From an uncultured delta proteobacterium (lineage in GTDB: Bacteria; Myxococcota_A; UBA9160; UBA4427): 64,000 bases of DNA. A program made the position numbers and the translations under genes. The stretch covers positions 1,216,001 to 1,280,000 of the forward strand of contig CAWGJT010000005.1 in the NCBI GenBank assembly GCA_963822965.1. The letters are read 5' to 3'. Of this stretch, positions 1 to 10,145 are shown piece by piece. Under the pieces are notes generated by a model that ran no database searches, was not told the origin of the DNA, and saw nothing but the letters and a program-made list of their open reading frames with translations. The stretch's first letter is position 1. Each line of letters begins with the position of its first letter.

Positions 1-420
1 GAGCCGAACGCGAGATCGAGCAGCAGCTGCGGGCCGCAGCGGAGCGGAGCCGTCGCGGTGGCGACGCGCAGCGCGCGCATCCACGCGAGCGACGCGAGCA
101 CGGCCGCCGCGAAGCACGTGACCCGCGACCACTGCCCGAACGCGGACGGCCACGCCGCATTCAACGCGATGCGGACGAGCGCGGGCAGCGGACCGAAGTA
201 GATGAAGTCCTTGCCTTCGGCCCGCATCGTCTCGGCGTTGGTCGGAACCTCGACGCCCAGGTGGAGCAAGCGACCGCCCGAGGTGGTCGAAGTTCGAGCC
301 GAGCCACTCTGTGCCGATGAAGTCGAACGTCCCGTGCGTGACGAGGGCCGCGTAGGTGGCGGCGACCACGAGCAGCGCGAGCAGCGCGGTCCGGTCGTCC
401 GATCCGACCGGCCCGAGCCG
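1..420 (-). CDS. Partial integral membrane protein (runs off the window edge), with a probable frameshift near 270
   Basis: My manual translation of the minus strand gives ...TALLALLVVAATYAALVTHGTFDFIGTEWLGSNFDHLGRS, then after a 1-nt shift LLHLGVEVPTNAETMRAEGKDFIYFGPLPALVRIALNAAWPSAFGQWSRV. It has hydrophobic helices and is not in the ORF track. The start codon was not located. Confidence 0.5.
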
Positions 421-799
421 GGTCCGGAGCGGCGACCGCTCCGCTTCGGCCGATGATCCAGCCGCGGCCGCCGCATCCCCGGTCACCGACAGCCCCCAGC
501 GCACACCCGCGCAGCATACCCCAGCGCCGTGGTAGGATCGCACCGTCATCTCTTCCCGGTCGCCGAAATGCCCGAATCCGAGGATGGCTCGCTCCGGCCG
601 TCTCGGGCGACCTTCCGTGCAATGACTCTCGCCGGACCGCCGAAGAGCCTTGCGCGACCCGAGCTCATCCTTCCGTCCGAGCCGGAGGATCGGTGCTCCA
701 AGCTGGGTGGAACTTCGTCCATCTGCCCGGAGGCGAGAATCTGCTTCCAAATCCGGCGCGATTCCCGGCACAATCGAGGCGTCGAGCCCGGAGGTCTCC

Positions 800-1576
800 A
801 TGCGAAGGCTGGTCCTGCTTGCCGCGCTCCTGTCGTGCCTGCCCGCGAGCGTACGCGCCGGAGTGATCATGGTGTCGGGAGACGCGACGCCGACCTTCTA
901 CGTGTCGGACCTCTCCCCGAACTTCGCGACGGCCGGCAACCAGGCCTTCTTCTCGAACGTCCTGGGAAGCGGCCAGCAGGTGGCCGTGCTCGACAGCGCC
1001 AATCCCTCCTGGAGCCCGGAGTTGCTGGACTTCTACGGGAGCCTGCCCGGCGTGACGGCCAGCCTACTGAGCGGTCCGCTCGACGGCGCCCAGCTCGCGG
1101 ACGTCGACCTGCTGCTCGTCTCGCCGAACGATGCGCTCACGGTCGACGAGATCCTGTCCGTCGGCAGCTTCATCGACGCCGGCGGATCGCTGTTCTTGAT
1201 GGGCGACGGCGTCGGGGTCGGAACGGCCTACGACGTCAACCCCAACGTCAACGCGATCTTGGCCGGGATCGGCAGCGGGATGCGCTTGAACGAGGACGAT
1301 CTGGACTCCGGCGCCCAGCTCGCCCTGGGAAACCACATCCTGGCGGACCCGCTGACCGCAGGCGTCACCGGCCTGACCTACGGCGCAACCAGCACGGTCG
1401 ACGGAGGGACGCCGCTGTTCCTGGCGAGCACCGGCGCCCCCTTCATCGCGTACGAGGAGATCCTCGTGCCCGAGCCCTCTACCCTCGTCCTGGTGCTGGC
1501 CGCGCTGGGCGCGGCCTGTCGTCGGCGGGACCATTTCAAGCTGGCGGGGGGTTCTCGGCTGCAGCGCTCAAGGTGA
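800..1576 (+). CDS. PEP-CTERM sorting-domain exported protein (possible GATase1/DUF4350-like fold)
   Basis: GGAGG precedes ATG800. Signal peptide MRRLVLLAALLSCLPASVRA. C-terminal VPEPSTLVLVLAALGAACRRR. Confidence 0.85.
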   Translation: MRRLVLLAALLSCLPASVRAGVIMVSGDATPTFYVSDLSPNFATAGNQAFFSNVLGSGQQVAVLDSANPSWSPELLDFYGSLPGVTASLLSGPLDGAQLADVDLLLVSPNDALTVDEILSVGSFIDAGGSLFLMGDGVGVGTAYDVNPNVNAILAGIGSGMRLNEDDLDSGAQLALGNHILADPLTAGVTGLTYGATSTVDGGTPLFLASTGAPFIAYEEILVPEPSTLVLVLAALGAACRRRDHFKLAGGSRLQRSR

Positions 1577-1709
1577 ACCACCTGCGCCCGGTTCCTCAAG
1601 AGCGAATGGTTGCTCATCCTCCGAGGACTACCGGCTTCGAGTCGGCGCGGCCGTCGGCGGCGGGCGCCGGATCCGGCGGACTCTCCGCTCAGCCTGGAGA
1701 GCGACCGGC

Positions 1710-2564
1710 TCAGGCGGTCGCGCTGCTGACCAGCCACATCGCGCCGGGCAGGCGCACGCTCTCGCCGTCCAGATGCGGGGCCAGCGCTTCGCGGATGGAG
1801 GCGATGGCGGCCGAGACGACCTCCGCCGGTTGGCCGCGCAGCCAGCTGTTGATCGCGCCGATCTGGGTCGACTGGTCCACGGCCTCGTCCAGTCCCCGGC
1901 CGGCGGCGATGTCGAGATCGACGTCGAACCTGTCGAGGCGCGGCGGCGCCCAGCCGGCTGCGGTGAGCACCTGGGAGACGCGCTCCGGATCGGCGAGGGC
2001 GAACATGCCGGGGGCATGCGGGGTCGGCTTGGGCCGCGGGGGCAGATGCCGGGAGACCGCGTTCATCGGCACCCCCATCCACGGGTTCTCGACGAGCGGG
2101 CGCCAGCACACGAACGACATTCGCGCGCCAGGGACGGCCGCGGATCGCATGTGGGCGAAGGCAGCAACCGGGTCGCCGAAGAACATCACGCCGAAGGCCG
2201 AGGTCAGCAGATCGAACTCGTCCAGCGGGGCCGTGGCGGGATCGGCCTGCAGCCAATCGATGTTGGCGATGCCGGCGTCCCCGGCACGCCGCCTCCCCTC
2301 GGCCAGCATCGGCCCGGAGATGTCCAGTGCCGCAACGCGGCCGGCGGGACCGATGGCGCGCGCGAACTCCAGCGTGGGCGCGCCGCAGCCGCAGCCGACG
2401 TCCAGCACCCGCTCGCCGGCACGCGGCGCGGCGTGCGAGAGCAACGCCTCCGTCACTGGAGTCAGAGTGATGTCGGTGTGCGCCTGCCGGGCGACCCACG
2501 TGTGGCCACCCCTGCCGTTCCAGAACGCAAGCTGATCGGCGTTGACTTCCTGCGCGCTGGCCAT
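1710..2564 (-). CDS. Class I SAM-dependent methyltransferase
   Basis: VLDVGCGCG motif I, ALDIS motif, SAFGVMFF. GGAGG RBS before MASAQEV. Confidence 0.9.
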   Translation of the reverse strand: MASAQEVNADQLAFWNGRGGHTWVARQAHTDITLTPVTEALLSHAAPRAGERVLDVGCGCGAPTLEFARAIGPAGRVAALDISGPMLAEGRRRAGDAGIANIDWLQADPATAPLDEFDLLTSAFGVMFFGDPVAAFAHMRSAAVPGARMSFVCWRPLVENPWMGVPMNAVSRHLPPRPKPTPHAPGMFALADPERVSQVLTAAGWAPPRLDRFDVDLDIAAGRGLDEAVDQSTQIGAINSWLRGQPAEVVSAAIASIREALAPHLDGESVRLPGAMWLVSSATA

Positions 2565-2843
2565 GCCATCCTCCCGTGGGAACGGCGCCGACGTTGCACG
2601 ATTGCCGAGGGGACGGCAAGCGGGATGATGACCGGGCACTTGCCTCGGGCACCGCGACCCGATCGAGGGTGCCCACGACCGAGATGGTTCCGTTGCCTGG
2701 CCCTGGGCCCCAGAGAGGGACAAATCGCGCGCGGCCACACGACGTTCTGTCCCGGCTGTTTCTGGCCTGCCAGGGAATTCCGAGCCGACATGTCCGTCAG
2801 AATAGCTCGTCGAGCAGGGCCCTGAACGCGCGGCTCGTTTGTC

Positions 2844-4612
2844 CTACTTGCGACGACTTCTGCGATGGAGCAGGCCGAACGTCGAGAGTGCCAGAACCGT
2901 TCCCAATGCTCCCAGCCCCGCTCCGCCGAGGGCGGGCACATCGAGGAAGGTGCCGAAGAACAGCTCGTCGGGTACGAACGATCGTCCCCAGCAACGCACC
3001 CCCGTGGCGTCGATCGCACAGGTGAAGTCGCCTCCCGCGGCGACCTCGACGGGATTCTCGAGGCTGGGGGGCACGCTCGTCTGTCCGTAGTCGTTGTAGC
3101 CCCAGCAGCGCAGGCCCGAGTCGTCGATCACACAGGAGTGATCGCCCCCCGCGGTCAGGGCTCTCGGATTCGCCAGGTCGGTCGGAGGCGTGCCGGCGAG
3201 GGCTCTTCCCCAACACAACACGCCGTCGTCGTCGAGCACACAGGTGTGCTCCGCTCCCAATGCGATCTCCCGAGGGTTGGAGAGGCCGGCCGGCACGGTC
3301 GCCTTGCCGTAGGTGTCCTGTCCCCAACACTTCACGCCGTCGTCGTCCAGTGCGCACGTATGATTGAAGCCCGCGACGACGTGGTGGGGGTGGACGAGGC
3401 CGGACGGGACGCTCGTCTGGCCGTACTGGTTCGAGCCCCAACAGGCGACGCCATCGTCGTCGAGCGCGCAGCTGTGCCTGTTGCCCGAGGTGACGTAGCT
3501 GGGGTCGACGAGCCCGGCCGGAACGTCCGTCTGGCCATAGATGGTCTGTCCCCAACACTCGATGCTTCCGGCTGCGAGAAGCGCGCAGGTGTGGCTTCCG
3601 CCAGGTGCAATGACGGTGGGGTCGATGATCTCGCCGGGAATCGTCGCTTCGCCGGAACCGTCGGCGCCGCCCCAGCAATCCGCGCCCCCGTCGTGGAGTG
3701 TGCAGACGTGCTTCCAGCCGGCAGCCAGCCCGTTCGGGTCGGACAGGTGGGCCGGCACTTCGTCGAAGCCGTCGCCCCAGCAGCGGACGCCTTCGTCGTC
3801 GAGCGCGCAGCTGTGCTGCGCGCCCAACGCGAGTGCAATCGGGTTCCGGAGGCCGCTGGGCATGCTCTCCGGATAGCCGGCGATGGCTCCCCAATAGATC
3901 ACCTCTCCGCCCTGGAGCGCGCAGCTGTTGCACCCCCGGCCGCGATCGAGCTCGGATTCACGACCGAGGGGGGCACGTCGGACTCGCCGCAGTAGTACAG
4001 GGGGTCGGGGTTGATGCCCCAGCAGGTCACACCGTTGTCGTCCAGTACGCACGAGTGGCTGATTCCCAGTGCGAGGTCGCGCGGATGGACGAGGCCTGCG
4101 GGAACGTCGATCTGCCCGCTCTCGTTGTCGCCCCAGCACTTCACACCGTTCCGGTCGATCGCGCAGGTGTGATAGCGACCGGCCGCGATCTTCGTGGGCT
4201 GGTCGAGGCCGACGGGAACATCGGTCTGCCCACAGCAGTCGTTGCCCCAGCAGCTCACGCCACCGTCGTGGATCGCGCAGGTGTGGAAGCGGCCCGCGGC
4301 GATCGCGCTGGGATTGGCGAGGCCGGACGGCACGCTCGTCTGCCCGCGGCGGTCATTCCCCCAGCATCGCACGCCGTTGTCGTCGATCGCGCAGGCGTGA
4401 AACCAGCCCGTCGCGACCATCCTCGGATGCAGCAGGTCGTCGGGAGGGGTCGCCTGGCCGGCGTCGTTGTCTCCCCAGCAGGTGACCCCGTTGTCATCGA
4501 TCGCGCAGCTCAGGTACGCCTTCGCGACCAGCTCGTACGCCGGGGCCGAAGTCGCGACGGCTCCCATCACCATCGCCAGGCCCAGCAGCGGGACAGGCAG
4601 GGGAATTCGCAC
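2844..4612 (-). CDS. Secreted RCC1/BLIP-II-like repeat protein (14 repeats) with an IPTL-CTERM-like tail; 1-nt frameshift at about 3935
   Basis: ORFs 3899..4612 and 2844..4139 join if one base is added to the C5 run at 3933-3937. Repeat consensus HxCA(I/L)DDxGVxCWGxxxxGQxxVP. N-terminal signal peptide. Tail DVPALGGAGLGALGTVLALSTFGLLHRRSRRK. Confidence 0.85.
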
Positions 4613-4924
4613 TGGCGCGCTTCCGGCTACAGGAGGAATCGCCTCAGTGTCTCACGACAGCAAGGCGACTTTCAAGAGCCCGTGGAGGCATACATCGCGG
4701 CCATGCCAGGCTGGAAGAGGGAGGTCGGGCTGCCGGCGAGGCCCGCGGTAGGCCCCTGATCCGCTCGCTGACACGGATCAGCTCGTCCCACCGCTGCCGG
4801 CTCTGCTCGAGGGCCGCCACGTCCCGCTGACCGGGTCGTTCGAGGCGCGGCGCGCACGCGAGCGCGACCCCCGCTGCCAGGCCCAAGGCCGGCGCCTCCC
4901 GCAAGCAGGGCGCCGCGCGTTAGG

Positions 4925-5653
4925 CTAGGGCGAAGGCTGCGCCGGGGACCCCCGGCGGCGTCGCCCGCGTCCCGCCGCGCAGGCGAGGATCCCTGACACG
5001 ACGAGCACTCCGGTGCCGGGCTCGGGCACCAGGACGTCGAGGCTCACGTCGAAGGACGTGTAGTCCCCGATGTCCCAGACCAGGAAGCTTCCGCTCAGAC
5101 GGTAGCGACCCGCGGGCAGCACGAGGGTCCGTACGAAGTCCGTGTTCGGTCCGTCGCTCACGTACTCGTCGAGGACCGCCAGAACGGCTCCCTGCTCGTC
5201 GATGGATTCGAGGGCGATCCGGTCGCCGACGCACCCCGAGAAGCCCGGCGGATCGTAGATGCACCCGGTGGTGGCCCCCTGCCAGCGCACGGCTCCCCCG
5301 GTGAACGACAGATCCAGCTGGTAGAACGCATTCGTGTCGAGCTGGTTGAAGCTCTCGATGCCGCCGTGGTAGCGGAGGTGATCGGGGCCCACCTCTCCGT
5401 GGAGCTCCGGATCGTGGTAGTAGGAGGGATCGAGGTCGAACGAGCTCGTCGGGTCCGCTTCCCGTGTGCGGGCGGCGACGTACTCGAAGCCGTTCTCGTC
5501 GTACGCGAGGTACTCGATCCTGAGATAGGCCTGGCCCGACTCGGCGGTGATGCTCGCAGCCAGGGAAGGTGCTGCGGCGGTCGTCGCGAGGAGGAGCGCC
5601 GCTGCGAGGAGGAGGTGTTCGAGCGGGTGTCTGGTGGGAGACGGGCAGGGCAC
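4925..5653 (-). CDS. PEP-CTERM sorting-domain exported protein
   Basis: GGAGG precedes GTG5653. Hydrophobic signal LLLAAALLLATTAAAPSLA. C-terminal VPEPGTGVLVVSGILACAAGRGRRRR. Confidence 0.85.
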   Translation of the reverse strand: MPCPSPTRHPLEHLLLAAALLLATTAAAPSLAASITAESGQAYLRIEYLAYDENGFEYVAARTREADPTSSFDLDPSYYHDPELHGEVGPDHLRYHGGIESFNQLDTNAFYQLDLSFTGGAVRWQGATTGCIYDPPGFSGCVGDRIALESIDEQGAVLAVLDEYVSDGPNTDFVRTLVLPAGRYRLSGSFLVWDIGDYTSFDVSLDVLVPEPGTGVLVVSGILACAAGRGRRRRGSPAQPSP

Positions 5654-5797
5654 GGCGACCTCCGGGACGGCTCGGCCAGCCTCCACCCTACGGTGTGGGG
5701 GGATGCTCGGTCAAGGAAATCTCGTCGCCCGGCTCGCGACGGCTCCGGCCCGATATGCTGTGCCGGCACGGGTTGCGCGTTCGGGGGTAGTGCGATC

Positions 5798-5910
5798 GTG
5801 GGCTACATCCTGCTGGCGGGCCTCTTCTTCCTCGGGATCCACCTGTTCGTGGCGGGAACGTCGCCGCGGGACCGGCTGGTGGAGCGCCTGGGCGAGCTGG
5901 GCGCCTGGCG
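5798..5910 (+). pseudogene. N-terminal fragment of an NnrU-family membrane protein
   Basis: MGYILLAGLFFLGIHLFVAGTSPRDRLVERLGE resembles NnrU N-termini (FLGxH...RxxLxxRLGE). The frame then continues into non-protein-like sequence antisense to the next gene. Confidence 0.55.
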
Positions 5911-6008
5911 GATTGGCGTCTGGTCGAAGTCGTCGTCTGCGGGATCGCCTGCGACTCGCACCGCTGCGAACCGATCGCCGCCCAATCGCCGCCGGCGCCC
6001 CCACCCGG

Positions 6009-7577
6009 TCACCCGATCGACTTCCCCCGCCCCTCCCAATGCGGCGCCCTCAGATCCCGCTTCAGCACCTTCAGCGCCCCCGACAAGGGCAGCGGCTCGG
6101 CCCGCAGCTCCACCGACTTCGGCACCTTGTACCCCGCGATCGCGGCCCGCGCGTGCTCGATCACCGTTTCCGGGCTCACCTCCGCCCCCGGCCGCGGCAC
6201 CACGATCGCGTGCACCGCCTCTCCCCACGTCTCGTGCGGGATGCCGATCACCGCCACCTGCGCCACACCCGGGTGGGTGCTGATCGCCGACTCCACCTCA
6301 GCCGAGTAGACGTTCTCGCCTCCCGTCACGATCATGTCCTTCACGCGGTCCACCAGGAAGAGGTAGCCGTCGGGGTCGAGGTAGCCGGCGTCGCCGGTGT
6401 GGTACCAGCCTCCCTGGAAGGCGGCGGCGGTGGCTTCGGGCTTGTTCCAGTACTCGCGCATCATCTGGCCGCCTCGCGCGCACACCTCGCCGATCTGGCC
6501 TCGCGGCAGGGGCTGGCCCTGCTCGTCCTGGATCTGGATCTGCACGCCCAGGGCGGGCCGGCCCACCGAGCGCAGGTGTGGCGAGCCCGGGCGGTGGTCT
6601 TCGGGCAGCAGCAGGGTCAGGGTGGAGCAAGACTCGGTCATGCCGTAGCCCTGGATCAGCTCGAGCTGGGGCAGGTCCGTCTGGATGCGGTCGAGGATCG
6701 CCTCGGGCATGGGCGACGCGCCGTAGATCAGGCGGCGCAGCGAGGCCAGGCGCTCGGGCGCGTACTTCTCGCTGGCGAGGCACAGGCCGATCATGGTCGG
6801 CACCATCAGGGTGTCGGTCACCTGGTGGGTCTCGATCAGGTCGAGCACCGCGTCGGGCTGGTACATCGGGAGAAAGACGGCGCGGCCGCCGTAGATGGGC
6901 GGGCCCAGGATGCCGGTCATCGAGGCGGCGTGGAACATCGGAGTCTGCATCAGCCAGGTGCCCAGGCGCAGGTCGGGGATGGTCATCACGCCGTGGTAGA
7001 GGTTCAGGATCTCGGCGCGGTGCTCGATCAGCACGCCCTTGGGCAGCCCGGTGGTGCCGCCGGTGTACATCAGCACCACCGGGTCGCTCTCCTCGGGCTC
7101 GCGCGGCCAGCGCGGCGCGGCGGCGGCCAGCAGCGACTCGTAGCCGACGTCGTGGGGGACGTCGCCGTCGCCGACGAGCACCACCTGGCGGATGGGGTCG
7201 TCTCGGCCGGCCTCCTCGCGCGCGGCGGCCAGCAGGGGCGCGAAGGTGGCGTCGGTGAAGATCACCTCGGTGCCCGAGTCGCACAGGATGTAGGCCAGCT
7301 CGCGGGGAGCCAGGCGCAGGTTGAGCGGGTTGATGACGCCCGCGCCCAGGAAGGCGGCGTGCCACAGCTCGAGGAACTCGTGGCCGTTCAGGGCCAGCAC
7401 CGCGAAGCGGTCGCCGGGCGCCACGCCGAGCGGCCCGGCCAGCGCATCGCACAGCCGGGCCACGCGGTCCGCGTGGGTGCTCCAGCTGCTGCGGTAGCCG
7501 CCGTCGACGATGCCCTCGACGTCGCCGTACTGCTCGAGGGCGGGCATCAGGCCGCTGCGGTAGATGAGCTCCTTCAC
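6009..7577 (-). CDS. Long-chain acyl-CoA synthetase (AMP-binding)
   Basis: YTGGTTGLPKG, QGYGMTE, YHTGDAG, DRVKDMIVTGGENV and YKVPK motifs. Confidence 0.95.
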   Translation of the reverse strand: MKELIYRSGLMPALEQYGDVEGIVDGGYRSSWSTHADRVARLCDALAGPLGVAPGDRFAVLALNGHEFLELWHAAFLGAGVINPLNLRLAPRELAYILCDSGTEVIFTDATFAPLLAAAREEAGRDDPIRQVVLVGDGDVPHDVGYESLLAAAAPRWPREPEESDPVVLMYTGGTTGLPKGVLIEHRAEILNLYHGVMTIPDLRLGTWLMQTPMFHAASMTGILGPPIYGGRAVFLPMYQPDAVLDLIETHQVTDTLMVPTMIGLCLASEKYAPERLASLRRLIYGASPMPEAILDRIQTDLPQLELIQGYGMTESCSTLTLLLPEDHRPGSPHLRSVGRPALGVQIQIQDEQGQPLPRGQIGEVCARGGQMMREYWNKPEATAAAFQGGWYHTGDAGYLDPDGYLFLVDRVKDMIVTGGENVYSAEVESAISTHPGVAQVAVIGIPHETWGEAVHAIVVPRPGAEVSPETVIEHARAAIAGYKVPKSVELRAEPLPLSGALKVLKRDLRAPHWEGRGKSIG

Positions 7578-7635
7578 GAGCGCCTCCTGCCGGGGCTCGC
7601 GCGGGCGCCCCCGGTCGCGCCCATCAGCATATCAT

Positions 7636-7702
7636 CCGCCCCACCCGCCCTACCCGCCCCACCCGCCCCACGCGCCCCACCCGCCCCACGCGCCCCACCC
7701 GC
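7636..7702. repeat. Tandem 9-bp repeat (CCGCCCCAC and variants), about 7.4 copies
   Basis: ccgccccac ccgccctac ccgccccac ccgccccac gcgccccac ccgccccac gcgccccac ccgc. Confidence 0.9.
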
Positions 7703-7943
7703 GACGGAAGCGCGCTTCGGCGACGGGCGCGAAGCGGCCCGGACGCCGCGTGGGGCACGAGAGGAGCACGAGAGCGGCGGATTCGATCCCGACTGGGGCA
7801 GAGCGGGTCAGCCTAACAGCCGGCTGCCGCGCGTGGCCTCCCCGTAGGGTCTCGCTGCGGCGACGCGATCGCACGCCGGTGTCACGACCGGGCTCGCGCT
7901 TCGGATCGCCCGAATCGATCCGAACATCGTCCGCGAGGTACTC

Positions 7944-8363
7944 ATGAACGAAGGGCTCGTCCGGGACCTTCGCGAGGGCGAATGGCGAGCACTCCTTTCT
8001 GAAGACAGTCGGCCTTGGCATAGGAGAGCGAAGGAGCTGGTCAAGAAGCTGGTCTCACAGGGTCGACTCGTCCACTCTCCCCCAGCCCGACCTCTTCCAC
8101 CCGCAGATGACCGTGAGTGGTACGAAGAGGCTCTCGGGTCTCACAAGGCTTTGCCGTTCACCGGCGGAGTAATCGTCGTGGCACCGGTGAAGGCCTCCTT
8201 CCCGCGCGAGACCATCGTCTCGCAAATTGACCGTCTTTCGTCAGCACCCTGGTGGAGTGGTCCCGTCTGGTGCTTGTGCATCCACGTCTCCACTGGGCCG
8301 CAGGGGCACGCGAGAGAATCGTTGCAGTGCGGAGAAGGATCGAAGAGAACCGAGACTGTGTAG
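7944..8363 (+). pseudogene. Probable truncated fragment of a hypothetical protein in a lower-GC segment
   Basis: Protein-like stretch MNEGLVRDLREGEW...WHRRAKELVKKL...WYEEALGSH...APWWS, followed by an implausible tail. Codon usage is less GC-biased than in flanking genes. Confidence 0.45.
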
Positions 8364-8866
8364 AGCCACGAGAGCTTACTGTCTGTTGACTCGTGGCGCA
8401 TCGAGGGCAAGGAGGCCGGCGCGTTCCGCTTGTGGAGCGGTTTTATCCCGTACGCACGGAGGCCCCGCGTGGCGTGTCGCCTCGAGCTTCATGGTGTCGG
8501 CCAGAGTCGTGCGCTCCAGCGTCGACTCCTTCTGGGCCGGGGTCTGGGTCGCTGCCCGCCGGAACGTCAGCCCCGTCGTGGAGCATAGGACGAACAAGCC
8601 CGGTTTCGGGGTGACGTCCGAGTAGGGGCGAAATGTCAATCCCCTGCGGGTGGCCCGGCGGCGGGATTCTTCCGGCGCTACGTTGCGCGAAGACTCGTGG
8701 GACGTGCCGCGATGTGGCTGGATCCGCGACAGTGGAACCAGTTGTCGTGGGCCAAGATCGAGGGACTCGGCGAGGGTTTGCGGCGGACGCTGGGAGCCGA
8801 CGCCGGTGCCGGCAGGAACGAGCCGAAGTAGTGCGAACGGGCGAGACCGATCCGAAGGAAGAGGCG

Positions 8867-10084
8867 ATGACCACCGATAGCCGGACCGGAAGCCAACGAG
8901 TGGCGACGAACGGCTCCGAATCGCTGCATGTCGTCATGCTGTTGCTGAAATTCCCGCCCCATTTCGCCGGCGGCGGTCTCCAGGCGTCACGACTCATGGA
9001 ACGTCTCGGGAGGCGCGGCGTCCGGGTCACGACGCTGACCTGCTCTCCCGAAAACTACGAAGCGCCGGGGCGCGAGGCCGCGCATGGCGGGCGCGTGCGG
9101 CGCTTCCCGATGCCCGTTCCCACACGATTCCGGAACCACCTGCTCGGCATCCGTGCCTTCCTCTGGTTGCTGACGCACCCGAAGTGGGACGTCCTGCACA
9201 TCCACAACTACTCTTACTTTGCGGTCCTTCCGATCATCCTTGCTCGCTTTCTCGGACGCCCGATCCTGATCAAGACGACCCTCCTCGGCGAGGAAGGGGC
9301 CCTCTCGACGAAGTCCAGCGGCATCGCCGCGCGTCTGCTCGACGCGTATCGGAGCGCCGATGCGATCGTCGCGCTCTCCGCAGCGATTCGTAACGATCTC
9401 GTAACTCGCCGCAAGGTCTCGTCGCTGGTGCTGGAACTGCCCAACGGGGTCGACACCGACCTCTTCCATCCCGCGATCGACGATGAACGCGCGCGCACCC
9501 GCGAATCATTGGGGATTCCCGACCACGCCCGACTCGTCGTCACGTGTGGCGAGATCAATCCTCGCAAAAACATCATCTCGATCGTTCGCGCCCTTGCGCG
9601 GATGCCGAGTGCCGCGGTCGTCTTCGTCGCCATCGGTCCCATGGGCGACGACGAGGCGTATCTCACCCGACTGCGGAAGGAGATCGCCGCGCTGCCGGCG
9701 AACAAGGAAGTCCGGCTCGTCGGAAGCCAGACACCGCAAGAACTCGCGACGACCGTTCGAGCCGCCGACGTGTTCGCGCTGATGTCCAGGGCGGAGGGAC
9801 TTCCCAATTCCCTGCTGGAAGCGATGGCCAGTTCCGTTGCATGCATCGCGAGCGACATCCCGGGCGCGGCGGACGTACTGGCGGACGGCGGCGGATTGCT
9901 CGTCCACCTGGACGACGAAGGCGCACTGAAGGACACGCTGGCGAGCCTGTTCGAGAACGAAGCGCTCCGGGCCGGGCTCGCCCTCGACGGCTTGCGACTC
10001 ATCCAGAGCAAGTATTCTCTCGACACGATCGCGAAGCGCTATCACGATCTCTATCGACAGCTGCTCACGGCGAAGGGAAGATGA
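8867..10084 (+). CDS. Glycosyltransferase family 4 (GT-B)
   Basis: FAGGG, DVLHIH, PNGVD, PRKN and SRAEGLPNSLLEAMA (EX7E) motifs. Confidence 0.93.
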   Translation: MTTDSRTGSQRVATNGSESLHVVMLLLKFPPHFAGGGLQASRLMERLGRRGVRVTTLTCSPENYEAPGREAAHGGRVRRFPMPVPTRFRNHLLGIRAFLWLLTHPKWDVLHIHNYSYFAVLPIILARFLGRPILIKTTLLGEEGALSTKSSGIAARLLDAYRSADAIVALSAAIRNDLVTRRKVSSLVLELPNGVDTDLFHPAIDDERARTRESLGIPDHARLVVTCGEINPRKNIISIVRALARMPSAAVVFVAIGPMGDDEAYLTRLRKEIAALPANKEVRLVGSQTPQELATTVRAADVFALMSRAEGLPNSLLEAMASSVACIASDIPGAADVLADGGGLLVHLDDEGALKDTLASLFENEALRAGLALDGLRLIQSKYSLDTIAKRYHDLYRQLLTAKGR

Positions 10085-10145
10085 GCGAGGGATCGTTCCC
10101 TGGGAAATTCCCGCGCATGCCGACCGCCAACTTTCAACCGCTCCA

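Noticed and set aside
2900..4520. Periodic DNA repeats (about 114-bp spacing, e.g. gccgtcgtcgtc, ccccagca) considered as a CRISPR array
   Set aside because: They are degenerate and in frame, explained by the RCC1 protein repeats. No cas genes are present.
4644..4904. 86-aa ORF with a lipobox-like stretch (VALAC)
   Set aside because: No convincing start or RBS and no recognisable domain. At most a remnant.
4881..4925. GCCTAAC...CTTGGGC imperfect hairpin overlapping the PEP-CTERM stop codon, considered as an attC site
   Set aside because: Only 45 bp, no proper L boxes and no GTT in R'. A simple hairpin or terminator is more likely.
8376..8639. Short ORFs between the lower-GC fragment and the GT4 gene
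   Set aside because: No recognisable motif in any frame.
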